Assembly (NCBI GenBank): GCA_038087875.1
Contig: CM075988.1
Location: 17,920,001-17,984,000 of the forward strand
Direction of reading: 5' to 3'
DNA: 64,000 nucleotides
Source: Malacoraja senta
Taxonomy: Eukaryota
Made by a program: the position numbers and the translations under genes. This document shows positions 51,574-63,924 of this stretch, piece by piece. How positions within the stretch are numbered: position 1 is the first letter of the stretch; each line of letters begins with the position of its first letter. The notes below the pieces were generated by a model. The model was not told the DNA's origin, did not search any database, and saw only the letters and a program-made list of their open reading frames with translations.

Positions 51574-51773
51574 NNNNNNNNNNNNNNNNNNNNNNNNNNN
51601 NNNNNNNNNNNNNNNNNNNNNNNNNNNNNNNNNNNNNNNNNNNNNNNNNNNNNNNNNNNNNNNNNNNNNNNNNNNNNNNNNNNNNNNNNNNNNNNNNNNN
51701 NNNNNNNNNNNNNNNNNNNNNNNNNNNNNNNNNNNNNNNNNNNNNNNNNNNNNNNNNNNNNNNNNNNNNNNNN
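51574..51773. other. Assembly gap (200 N)
   Basis: Run of N. Confidence 1.
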
Positions 51774-52399
51774 TTTTGACAGTTCTTGTGAACAATTACA
51801 GTGCACGAACCTCCTGCTGTTTAAATAAACTGCAGTATTCCACATTTCTGAGAACGAAAATAATTTAGTCGATCTCACCACAGGGGATCCAGAAAGATTT
51901 CAATCAAATGTCACAGCAGGATATTACAAGCATAAAATGGGAGAGATAATAAATTTAATCAGTTAAGGATGATTGTTTCATGTCCTAGATCAATTTTCTT
52001 ACATCTGTGCTTTATATCAACTGCAAGCTGAAGCCTACGTAACAACCTGGTGATTCTTCCGCGCCCATTCCAACAATGTATGCATAAATTGCCCTGGTAT
52101 TGGACAAATATGTTCTTCGGCTTTGCAAATAATGTTCGCATGCAACAAGTAATGAACATTTATTTATAAAACACCATTCATATATGTTGGATCTGCGTGA
52201 GCTATAGTTCCCAGGCTTTTCCTTGCAGCCCTTCTTAAATAGAGGCACGACACTGGGAATGGGCCAGCATGGGCTCGATGGGCCGAAATACCGGCCTCAA
52301 TGTGGTGACAGGTTGTGAGGGGGGCGTCCTGTGGATGGGGCAGGTGCCACATGTTGTTACATACTTGGCTAATAAATTAATTATAATTACAATTACATA

Positions 52400-53200
52400 A
52401 ACGCAGTTGTCGGCTGTGTCCGAGACCCCAACTCAGCTGGTGGGTAGCGCGCCTCCGTCGGGCCCCGTGGACGCGCAAGCAGAGCCGCCGAGCCCCTAGT
52501 ATACGGGTACGTCGCCCCTCCTCCCTGTGAACGCGCACGCACAGCCGCCGGGGCCCAGTGGACGCGTACGTCGCCCCCATCCGTGAACGCGCACGCACTG
52601 CCGCCGGGGCCAGTGGACGGGTACGTCGCCCCCATCCGTGAACGCGCACGCAAAGCCGCCGGGTCCAGGGGACGCGTATGTCGCCCCCATCAGTGAACGC
52701 GCACGCACAGCCGCCGGGGCCCAGTGGACGGGTACGTCCCCCCCCATCCGTGAACGCGCACGCACCGCCGCCGGGGCCCAGTGGACGGGTACGTCCCCCC
52801 CATCCGTGAACGCGCACGCACAGCCGCCGGGCCTAGTCCCGCCCCGCAGCCGACCGTCCGCCCGCCCTCCCGCCGGTTTCCATGGCGACCAGCACGCCGG
52901 CCGAGGCTGCGACTCGTTCCCTCTCTTCCAGTGGGAGTCGGCGATAGTGATATGGCAGCGGCGCGGGTGAGGAGGCCGATCCTGAGGGCGGGGGGGGGGG
53001 AGAGGTGAGGGTGGGTCCCGGGGGAGAGTGGGCGGGTGAGGCCCGGACCCCGAGGGAGGGGGGTGGTGGTGGTGATGGTGGGTGAACGGTGAATCCCGAG
53101 CCGTGGCGGGAGGATGAGGGGGAGTCAGTGGGTGACCCGGGGAGGACGGGCCCCAGGTCACTGTGGGGGTGTCCCGGGGAACATGGGGTCGGGCCGTAGG
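52400..53200 (+). promoter_or_regulatory. CpG-island promoter and candidate first exon of an unidentified gene
   Basis: CpG island; X-box GTTTCCATGGCGAC at 52876-52889; donor CGG|GTGAGG at 52967 followed by a G-rich intron-like start. Confidence 0.65.
52460..52835. repeat. CpG-rich minisatellite, ~56-bp unit, 6 copies plus 1 degenerate
   Basis: GTGAACGCGCACGCA recurs at 52527, 52583, 52638, 52693, 52750 and 52806. Confidence 0.93.
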
Positions 53201-54823
53201 TGGGGGCTGGGGGTGACCAAGAGTTCCAGAGTGGGGTTCTGTCATGGGTGGGGGTTGTCTTGTTTGCTGCTCCGATGATTGATTGAACGTGAGGCGATTA
53301 TTGTAAATCTGTCTGTTTTCTTTGTTGCTTCGCACCACCTTGCGCCCCCCGATTATTTCATTGCAAAGGCAATTCCTTCAACCCCAGCAAATGACATTTG
53401 CGGCCACTTCTGTTGTACCAAATCCGATTGATAGCGAAGTTGATAAACAACAGAGATTTAATAAGCTGTGTGCATTTCCACTTCATACACTCACTTTTGA
53501 GCATTATTTGGGGAAAGTAGAGGCTTTGAAAGCGTAGGAAAGAACTGCAGATGCTGGCTTAAATCGAGGAAAAACACAAATTGCTGGAGTAACAGCGGAA
53601 CAGGCAGCATCTCTGGGGAGAACGAATGGGTGACGTTTCGGGTCGTTGAGTTACTCCAGCATTTTGTGTCAAGCTTCTTTTAATCCTGCCCCCAGCACAA
53701 ATATAGGTTAAAACTCTCATCCTGGAAATTTGTAGAAATTTCGCTTCCACGTGGCTCTTTAGCCGACAGTGATTTGCGTTTAGACAGTGCCATCAATGTA
53801 ATAAAACGTTATAAGTTACTGCACAGAAGTGTACCTGGCCAAAAGTTTGATAGTGACCGAAACTATTTGAATGAATGACCAAAACCAGCTCCTAAAAAGC
53901 ACGTTTAAAAGAGAGTCAGGAGAGATGAGGACCTGGAGCAGTTCAGTGGGAGAATTCCCAAAGTTATGGGCCGGATGGCTTTAGGCATAATCATCAGTAG
54001 TGGGAGATGGAAATGGGGATATAAGAGATTGCAGATGCTGGAGTCTTGAGCAAATAACAAAGTGCTGGAGGAATTCAGCGTGTCAGGCAGCATCTATGGA
54101 GGGAATGGACAGATGATGCTTTGGGTCGAGACCCTTCACATTGATGGGACTCTGAAGAACAGTCCCAACCTGAAATGTTTTCTGACCATTTTCCTCCACA
54201 GATGCTGCCTGGCCCAGGTAATGACTATTGGTATGTAGGAAGCCAGATTTTGGAAAACAGGTTTATGGAAGATTGCAGATCTGTAAGAGGTTACTGAGAT
54301 TGGGCATGCCAAAACTGCTGAGGGATTTGAAACAGGCTGAAATTTTAAAAATCATGAAGCTGGCTGGTACCAATATTTGTGAATATAGGAATACCCGATA
54401 ATAGGTCCCGGTAATAGGACCATGCCGGTTTGTAGAACGGTATTTTAATTTGTAATGAACTTCAATTTATAGAGGGGATGCCATTGGGGAGAGCACAAGG
54501 AAATAGTTGAAATTGCAGGCAAGAAAAGCAGGAATTCAATTTTGATAAAGGTTGAGGTTAAAGGTGGGAGGAGAAACATTTAATAGGAACCCAAAGGGCA
54601 ACATTTTCACACAGAAGGTGGTGGGAATATGGAATGAGCTGCCAAAGAAAGTAGTTGAGACAGGAACTATAACAACATTTTAAAACCATTTGGACAGACA
54701 TATGGATAGGAAAGGTTTAGAGGGATAAGGGCCAAACGTGGGCAGGTGGGACTAGTGTAGATGCGGTATCTTGGTCAACATGGGCAAATTGGGCTGAAGG
54801 GTCTGTTTCCATGCTGTATGACA

Positions 54824-54851
54824 CTGAAGAAGGGTCTCGACCCGAAACGTC
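54824..54851 (+). ncRNA. Minimal hammerhead ribozyme motif (Penelope-derived)
   Basis: Identical 28-nt core to the copy at 22817. Confidence 0.55.
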
Positions 54852-56149
54852 ATCCATTCCTTCTCTCCAGAGATGCTGCAGGTCCTGCTGAGTTACTCCA
54901 ACTTTTTGTGTCTTGACTCCATGAATCTTTGACTATCCCTCATTGGTCCTTAGCTTCCAAATGCAGATAAATTCTGTCTCTCAGAATACTGCACCTTCCA
55001 ATCATTTTCCCATCACTGATTTAAGGCTCACTAGATGGTAGTTCCTTGGCTTTTCCTTGTTGCCCTTCTTAAATAAAGGCACAACATAAGCTATTAATGT
55101 GAAGTTCAAGTTGTAACCTGATTAGATATCAACGTTGCTAACACCCAGGCCCATACTTATAATGGTGGTCTGGGAGCTGATAGAAATATTATGCAGAGAA
55201 TCGGGTTTCTGGCAGTAACAGTAATGGATTTGATCTAAATCAAGAAAGGTATGGATGTTACAAAAGCATAGCAAAGCAGTTATGGGGATGAGATTGGTAT
55301 TTGCATTGGCACTTTCCAATCTAACTGTGAAGTATGTTACCATAGTAATAAAATCTATAACAATAATGAAACAAAATTCATATAGTGAAAACAAAATAGT
55401 GTTAATTCCTTGATTTTGCAAATGTGCAATGTATTAATTTTAAAATTTAAGTTTCTTAAGTATTTTTCTCCTCAATTTAGTGTTGAAAATACTTTGGGCA
55501 GTCGGTTCCATCAGACATCTGCCAATCCGGTACCACAAACTAAAGAATTATGTGCACACCTGAAAGGTTCTCTGTAAGTAATGAAAGCACTCTAACAATA
55601 GCACGGTGTTTAAGTTCAAATATACAGTACACAAAGTGTAGCATTAGTATTCAGCATTGGTTTCTAGTATGCCAGTGGCAGCGATCATGAATTGTGGCCA
55701 CCTGTCTGTAAATAGCAGTCCCCTTCACCTCTGGGATACCAGCCTCCTGTATGGTGTGCAGAACGGTCTGTTTTATCCGCCAGTCATCTCTTCCTAATTT
55801 CATCTGCAATTTAATCCGCTGTGGTATTTATATATTTATATCTGTATCAGGATGTCAAAAGGTTACAGAGAGTAGGTAGGAGTATGACATTGAGAGGAAA
55901 AAATAGACCAGCCATGATTGAATGGCAGAGCAGAATCCTTGGGCCGAATGGCCTAATTCTGCTCCTATGTCTTATCAACGTATGAACTATCTCCTGCTAT
56001 CCCTGGCTTTATGGTAAACCTCATTATTGTAATGTACCTAAACTCTATTTTTATTTTGATCCATTGTCTTTCCGATATTACCTATTGAGATTGTCAGTTT
56101 TAGCATTTCATTCTGTATGGAGTTGTTGTGGTTATCTTCATGGGGACCA

Positions 56150-57975
56150 GGTTAAATCCTACCAGGACCCCCTGCAGTTTGCTTACCAAACAAAGATGGG
56201 GGTTGAGAACGCCATCATCCACCTGTTCCATCGTTCATAAGCTCACCTGGATAAGCCGGGAAGCACATGTTTTATTACTTCTCCAGTGCTTTTAACATCA
56301 TCCAGCCTGCACTTCTTTTTTGTTGTTGTTGTATTTTTAATTTTATTAGAAGTATTGTACATTACAATAATCTGCAATAACATAAGTTTATACTTTTCTT
56401 GTACCACTTCTTATTTTAAACTTTAATAAGAAAAAAAGATAGAAAGAGTTAGTGAGTGATTGAAAGAGTGGTCCAGGAACACCCATATGGACCTAAACCA
56501 CAAGAAATAGTTAGAGAGAAAAAAAAGAAAGAAAAAGAGAAAAACCAAAAGGAGAAAAAAGAAAAAAGAAAGCATAAGATAAGGTAGGACAATATGAAAG
56601 GGATGCACCTACTTCATATCTTTACTCACCCCTCGCCAGGTCCTGAAACCATTTATTATCAACATTTTGTTGCACCCTATGTTTGTAATAAGTCGATAAA
56701 TGGAGACCAAATCTTTTGGAATTGGTCTGGTTTACCTGCTAAGAGGAATATCATATCTTCTAGGTGTAACAATTCCGACATACTAGAAGTCCACATTTTT
56801 GTCGTTGGCGTAAGAGCATTTTTCCAAAATTTCAGTATAAGTTTTTTTGCCATTATTAAGCCATAGATAATGCTAAAGAGCCAGCCTGCACTTCTAAGGA
56901 GCAAACTGACAAAGATGCAGGTGGATGCTCCATTGGTGTCCTGGATCACCAACTACCTGACTGGACGACCACCATATGTTAGGCTACAGAACTGTGTCTC
57001 GGACATGGTAGTGAGCAACACAGGGGCCCCACAGGGGTTGGTCCTCTATACCTTCCTGTTCACCATCTACACCTCGGACTTCAGATATAACTCAGACCTG
57101 CCACCTGCAGAAGTTTTCGGATGACTGCAATTGTGGGCTGCATAAGTGAGGGGAGGGAAGCTGAATACAGAGGTGTAGTCAACAACTTTGTTGAGTGGTG
57201 TGGGCTGAATCACCTGCAGCTCAACACCGACAATCCTAAGGAGTTAGTGGTAGATGTTAGGAGGAGAGGAACACCCCTGTCTCCATCAATGTTATGGATG
57301 TGCTGTTTACCAAGGAGTACAAATACCTTGGAGTGTAACTGGACAGTTAACTGGACTGGTCCAGAAATGCAGAGGCCCTGTACAAGAAGGGACAGAGCCG
57401 GTACTTTTTGAGAACGCTCTGCTCCGTCAACGTCTGCAGCAAGATGCTGCAGATGTTCTACCAATCGATGGTAGCCAATGCCTTCATCTTCGCTGTCGTG
57501 TGCTGGGGCAGCATGGTGAAGGATGTGGACGGCATCAGGATTAACAAACTCATCAGGAAGGCTGGCTCCGTCCTGGGGGCGGAGTTGCGTTCATGGGAGG
57601 TGGTCTTGGAGGAGAGGATGCTCCTCAAATTGCGGAGCATCTTGGACTATACAGCTCACCCCCTCCATGACAGACTAGTCAACCTGAGGAGTACCTTCAG
57701 CAACAGACTGGTTCCACCAAGATGCAGTACAGAATGCCACAGGAGATCCTTTTTCCATGTGGCTATCAAACTATGATACCACAACTCCTCCCCCTTCTGT
57801 TGTGGGATAGACTGACTCCCCTCCCCCCCTCACCATCTCACCCCCCTCCCCTCCCACATCCCTAATCCTTTCCACTCGTCACTTTAATTTAATGTTTTGT
57901 GTAACTTGTGTTTTATGACTGTTGGCAGATCATTTTCCTTCCAAGGATAAATAAAGTTCTATCATATCGTATTGT
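56150..57975 (+). mobile_element. Degenerate Rex1/Babar-like LINE interrupted by an L1-like insert
   Basis: DPLQFAY..., WITNYLTGRP..NTGAPQG.., MLQMFYQS..SFFHVAIKL. Confidence 0.85.
56317..56880 (-). mobile_element. 5'-truncated L1-clade LINE with a 15-bp TSD
   Basis: ORF2-like C-terminus AKKLILKFWK...FQKIWSPFI; A-rich tail; TSD CCAGCCTGCACTTCT at 56302-56316 and 56881-56895. Confidence 0.82.
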
Positions 57976-60900
57976 AGCAGGTTTATTTTTGCAGTCAACT
58001 TTTAAAGGGACTTGTTGAAATACATGCAACACTCTTCCATGAAGAAGAGTGATGGACGCCACAATGATGAGAGGTGGGGTGGAAGATTCCTCCAAGGTTC
58101 AGTGAGACCTGGATGGGCCATCGAAGAACCGTGTCCAGAGGTCATGTTGTACAATTGTGTATTTTTCACTGAAGTGTTGATTTTTTTGTGCAGTCTTTTT
58201 TTCTCTTGTAGAATTTATGTGTAATTTGTTTTTGTTTATTTGTTTGAGTCTATGTACTTGTAATGCTGCTGCAAGCAAGATTTTCATTGCACCTGTATCT
58301 CACCGTACTCGTGCAGATGACAATAAACTCTTGACTTTGTTGAAGCGGGCAATGGATGCTTCTGGGCAACAGCGAGCTGGTCCTAGCAGGATTGCCACAG
58401 AGGCCAGTAACAGTGCGGTAGGTAATCGCCAGCAGTGGGAAGAACCCCACAGGCAGACTACACTCACTGTTCCTATCCAGTTAGCCAAAAGAAAAATAGA
58501 TGATTTCCAGGCTCAAATACTGGAGGGTATAGCTTTAAGGTGAGAGCATCATCATCATCATCGTTGAAAACATCAACGGGCACGGTGCCTTACAATGCTA
58601 TGTACGACAGTGATCGCAACTTCTACCGAAGTGTGGATGGTCGTTGGCTCGCAAGGAGCTCATCCGCCCTTTGACAGGTCTTGTTTTTGGTCCTGCTGGG
58701 GGTCCACAGGCCCCTCCTCAACTGGAAAAGCAGGTGGGGGAGACGGTTTAGTCGCCGACTATCCGACCATGGAGCAGGTTGCCAGGGATTACATGGTACC
58801 CGTGGCGGGGATAAAACTGCCCCCCGGCCTGACCTTATTTATTTATCCCTGGAAGGAAATTGATCTGCCAACAGTCATAAAACACAAGTTACACTTTCTT
58901 AGTTTGCAATTTGGACCATCTTGTTAAGAAGTAGCAGCGAGCAAAGATTTGTGATAGGTGTGTAGAGTTTTGATTGCAATGGAGAGATAGGGTGAAGTGG
59001 GGGAGGAAAAGAAGTGCATGGCACAAAATAAACTCTGTGTTTAGGCTGTCGATGGCATCAGCTGGAGATGACAGAACTGAAAGCCAGCTGTGTGAAAGTG
59101 TTCAGATCACGTTAGTGAAGTGTGGGTGCTGGAAATGAATGAAAACAGAAAATACTGGAACTTAACAGGCCGGGCAGCAAATAAGGTTGGAGAAATAGGG
59201 GTAAAGTTGCAGACTGATAGCCTTTGAATAGAACCCCAAAAGTTTTCAGATGCAGGGCAAAGGGAGAGAGAAGGAAGGATAAAATGTATGGGATGAGATG
59301 GAGTGAGGGTTGAAGAGATCAAATGACAAATGGGTTGATATAGAAATTAAAAGTGAATATAAAAGAGGTGTGGGAATAGTAGAATCATGAAGTTGTTGAA
59401 TTCTGTGAGGGATGGCTGCAATATTCCTCATTTACACTAAGATGCTGTTACTTGACCTTAAAGAGACCAAGGACAAATGATAGAGTATTAAATATAGGAA
59501 ACCGTAAAACAGAAGCACTGAGCAAGTTGAGGATCAACCTGTGGCGAGAGAATCATTAACATTTTGGGTTGATGACCTTTATTATTCCAGATTGACAGTA
59601 GTTGAGTTTTTAAATTTTCAATTATGGATGGAAACTTAAGTTGACAGTTGACGAAGGACATACTTGTGAAATGATTGAAAGTGTTTCCCAAACCAATCAC
59701 CCAATCTGTGTTTGGTGTAGGCAGTGCACACGCAGCTGTAACTTCGGCAGCAAATGTGGAATACTAAATTGAAATAAGTCTCAGTGAGTCACTGTTTCAC
59801 ATGCAAAAGATGTTTGGGCAAATTGGACAAGAAGGGGGTTAAAGTAGGAAGGGACAGATTGTTAAAGGTGATGGGGTGATGGATTAAAGTGTTGTAAAGG
59901 AAAAGACAAGGGAATGGCATGTTTGATGGTTGGATCACACTGCAGACATGAGAGGATGATCTATTGAGGTAGGAAGATGAAGGCAAAGGAATTCTAGTTG
60001 TGATTCTGAGAGAGGGGGACATTTAGGTTTCGGCTTATTATTGTTACGTGTATTGAGGTTCAGTGAAAAGGTTTGTTTTGCATGCTATCTAAACAGATCA
60101 AATAATACATTGTACGAAGGAACTGCAGATGCTGGTTTACACCGAAGATAGACACAAAATGCTGAAGTAACTCAGCGGGACAGGCAGCATCTCAGGAGAA
60201 AAAGAATAGGTGACATTTCGGATCGAGACCCTTCTTCAGACGCCAAAGAGATGCTGCCTGATCCACTGAGTTACTCCATCATTTTGTGTCTATCTTCAGA
60301 TCAAATAATACTATACATAAGTAAAATCTAGCCACTCAAGTACAATAGATAGAGCAAAGGGGAAGAGACAGAGTGGAGAATATAGTTCTCAGCACTGCAC
60401 CGCAGCAGCTTTAGAGACAAAGTCCAATATCCACCATGGGGTAGAGGTGAATTGGACAGTACCCCAGGTTATGTCTGAGAGAGAAGAGAATGGGAAATGG
60501 AATGATCATGATCGAGGACCTCGTTGGCTCTGGATTATCAGGGTGTCTGAGTTAAAGTTTTGATATTTATGATACTTTGGAATTGATTTCACACTGACTT
60601 CTGCAATAAGGGAACAAAGTTAGTGCTGTTTAGAAGAATGTCAATGATTTGTTGTGTCGGTGATTCCTCCTAGTTCCCGCTACTGCAACTGAGCAGAGAC
60701 AACATAAACATGGTGCTGTGTTTTTTTATACAGATTTTACCATACTGTTATGTTAATTTCAATATATTAACATTTGATTAACAGTAAATATTACCATATT
60801 AAAGTGTTTTTGTAAATATTCTAACTATTAATGATCAAGGATAAAATTGATTTGTGCTTTATTTGTGCCTTTGCAATCTCTACAGCAATCTCTAAGTCCG

Positions 60901-61340
60901 GGAAGTGATAAAATAGTTTCCATAGTACCAGGTTTTGAAGGCTGCTGTTTTGTGGTTGAGATGTTTAACAGTTCACTGCATTAATGAATGTGTCAACCGG
61001 AAAAGAAATGAGTAACATGTCTACCCCTTATGGTGAAGGAAAGAGTTTACTGCTTTTAATTAACAATTTAGTGGCAAATTTTGTACCGGTTTCCAAACTC
61101 AAAATGTTGGGAAAAGAAAATTAATTTAGATTTTACTGAAAACATTCTTCAGCGGAAAGGAAGAAATTTGCCTCATCAACACTTGCTCTCAACACTTGGT
61201 AATGTATTTTGCAATTATTGCACAAATAACTGGCTTCCACTTCCCCTTCCCTTCTCAATTTAATCTGGTAGAACGAGACCCAGAATTTGAATTTGAAATA
61301 TCTAGTTGATTAGAGAGAATAAATGCCTGGCTATCTGCTT

Positions 61341-61471
61341 CTTCTTCTTGCGTATGGCGTGCACAGCCTAAAGTTGTAGGACAACTTGTTCTATTTGATC
61401 TTATTTGATTGTGCACGCCAGGTTGATTGTATTCGTCGAAACAGGGCGCGTGAAGGTTGCAATCTCCCGCC
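61341..61471 (-). mobile_element. Short (GAA)n-tailed retroposon, copy 3
   Basis: TSD ATCTGCTT. Confidence 0.8.
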
Positions 61472-61934
61472 ATCTGCTTAAAAGCTTTTGTTTTAAAATT
61501 GATGGTTATGGTTATCAATTGGACTGACGAGTTAACTAAAATGTACTGACACAGGATTCTTGATCAGTACTAATTCTAGGCAATCTTGGAGATTCATGCA
61601 GAAGTGGTACCTTCTTGAGACAGAGTAGATCTGAAATGAGTTTTGAATATTTCTGTCTTGTCTCAGGTTGAGATGCCGACTGCCACTTGGCTCCGTATTT
61701 GGTGGTGATAAAATCAATTTGTATGCTTATGTCGCCTTTCACGTGGTCATTGAGAGCTGCAAAGGTTCTCACAACTTGGCGCATGGTATCACATTACATA
61801 TTTTAAATCTCATTACATCTGTGAATGTTGAGTGAATTTTAAAATTATTTGTTTTTCATCAGCATTTCCAGGCAGTTATGTTCTCTTCATATTTTAGTTC
61901 TGAACATACAAATGTTCACGTTTCATTAAATAGT

Positions 61935-62720
61935 CAAGTCAAGAGTGTTTTATTGTCATATGCCTCGGACGGGACAATGAAATTCTTACTTGCTGCAGCA
62001 CAACAGAATATGTGAATATGTAAACGTTGTATATAACAGGAAAAAAAGAAAAAGTTCAATAAATAACAAATATAGTGCAAATAACAAATAATAATATAGT
62101 CTTTTGCAGTTCAGAGCTCATGGCTTATTCGTTGTGTTTAATAGCCTGATGGCTGTGGGGAAGAAGCTGTTTCTGAACCTGGATGTTACAGTCTTCAGGC
62201 TCCTGTACCTTCTTCCTGATGGCAGTGGTGAGATAAGTGTGTGGCCAGGATGGTGTGGGTCCTTGATGATTTTGGCTGCCTTTTTGAGGCAGCGACTACG
62301 ATAGATCCCTTCGATGTTGGGGAGGTCAAAGCCGGTGATGGACTGGGCAGTGGTCACAACTTTTTGTAGTCTTTTTTGCTCCTGGACGTTCAAGTTGCCG
62401 AACCAGGCCACGATGCAACCAGACAGAATACTCTCTACCGTGCACCTGTAGAAGTTTAGGAGAATCCTCTTCGACATGCCGAATCTCCGTAATCCTCTCA
62501 GGAAGTAGAGTCACTGATGTGCCTTCTTTACAATTGCATCGGTGTGCTGGGTCCAGGAAAGATCTTCTGATATATGCACGCCCAGGAATTTGTTGACCCT
62601 CTCCACCATCGTCCCGTTGATATAAACAGGATTGTGGGTCCTCATCCTTCCCCTACTAAAGTCCACAATCAGTTCCTTGGTCTTACTGATGTTGAGAGGC
62701 ACCATTTGGTCAGTCGGTCG
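61935..62720 (-). mobile_element. Rex1/Babar-like LINE 3' fragment
   Basis: LNISKTKELIVDF..KFLGVHIS..FYRCTVESILSGCIVAWFG..RFRNSFFPTAIRLLN. Confidence 0.85.
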
Positions 62721-63846
62721 ATCTCACTTCTACACTTCATACAGTTCTATACAAATAACTGAGTCGATGTCACTGGAGTTCCTATTGTTGTGAGGAAGTG
62801 GTATCTATGTGGATATTTTTAAGAGTGCTACTTCACCACAGGAGATTTAATTGGTTCCTTTATGAAGTTTTTTCAGATACTGTTAATACTTTTAATACTT
62901 CCTTTTGATGCATTTATTCAGCATTTTTAAGTATGCCATACGTGTTTCTAAAGAGATTTAACAACCTTAAATAGAATAGTTCTACAGAAGGATGACTTGT
63001 TTAAAAAAGTTATATCATTCATTTTGCGTTATTGTGGAATAGATGGAGTGAGAATTAATTATGGATTGTAATTTCATTAATATGTGTGCCTTTGCTGTCT
63101 GTAACAGAATCTTGTTTTGGGGAAAATAGTTATTTTTTTGCTTTGTGAAAATTCAATTTAAGGGCAGTCGTCAGGAATGGAACAATCGCGTAAGCCTGTA
63201 CTGAGAGATATTTAAGTCAGTCTTCTGGAAACATTACTATATTTCTTACAAATATTTGCAAATGAATTAAATAAATGTAATTGTTGGTGGACATGTACTT
63301 GGTGGGCTGAAGGGCCTGTTTCTGTGCAGTACAATTCTATGACTATGTTTTCTATATTGTACTGTGGAGCAGGCAGTGACTGGGTCAATAATATTACAGC
63401 CTTCCATTACCTCATAATTTTCCTTATGTTTGAATATAGCTCAAAGCTGCTAATACTTAATACGATAGGTTTTGTTTCACTTCCAAGAATAAGCCACACC
63501 CATTAATTGACTACAGCTAGTGTGTTCAAATATACACTGAAGATCTTGATGCCACGTCCTGTTGAAATGTGCAAATAACTTTTATGTGTTGATGAAATTG
63601 GTAAAGAAGAAATGAAATCTACTGAAAGATGACCTCCAATGCAAGCAATACTTTTCATGATCCGTATTAACCTCAGTGTTGGAAAAGCTTAACTCAGTGC
63701 CCGAGAATTTATTGAAAAGTGCTGTGTGCCACAGTGGTTGGATTTGGGCCTCAGTTAATATTATCTGCACCTCTTGTCACGATGATGCCTTTTTGATGCT
63801 AGCACTAATGGAATACAGTATTGACATAGATAGCAAATAAAGCAGC

Positions 63847-63924
63847 ATGGAGGTTTCATATAAAATCAGCCAGTTTAAGTGGGAGAATTCCACTGAACCT
63901 GATATTGTGGATTTGGCAGCCAAG
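63847..63924 (+). CDS. Candidate first coding exon of an unidentified gene
   Basis: agcATGG start with an in-frame TAA upstream, MEVSYKISQFKWENSTEPDIVDLAAK, then donor AAG|GTAGGT; non-repetitive context. No homology recognised. Confidence 0.35.

Noticed and set aside
52377..53338. Repetitive ORFs up to 280 aa
   Set aside because: Products of the 56-bp VNTR and the G-rich intron.
60636..60695. Possible C/D snoRNA (ATGATTT...CTGA)
   Set aside because: Non-canonical C box and no clear terminal stem; needs an Rfam search.
61706..61711. TGA in the candidate exon read as selenocysteine
   Set aside because: It is immediately followed by TAA, and there is no SECIS evidence.
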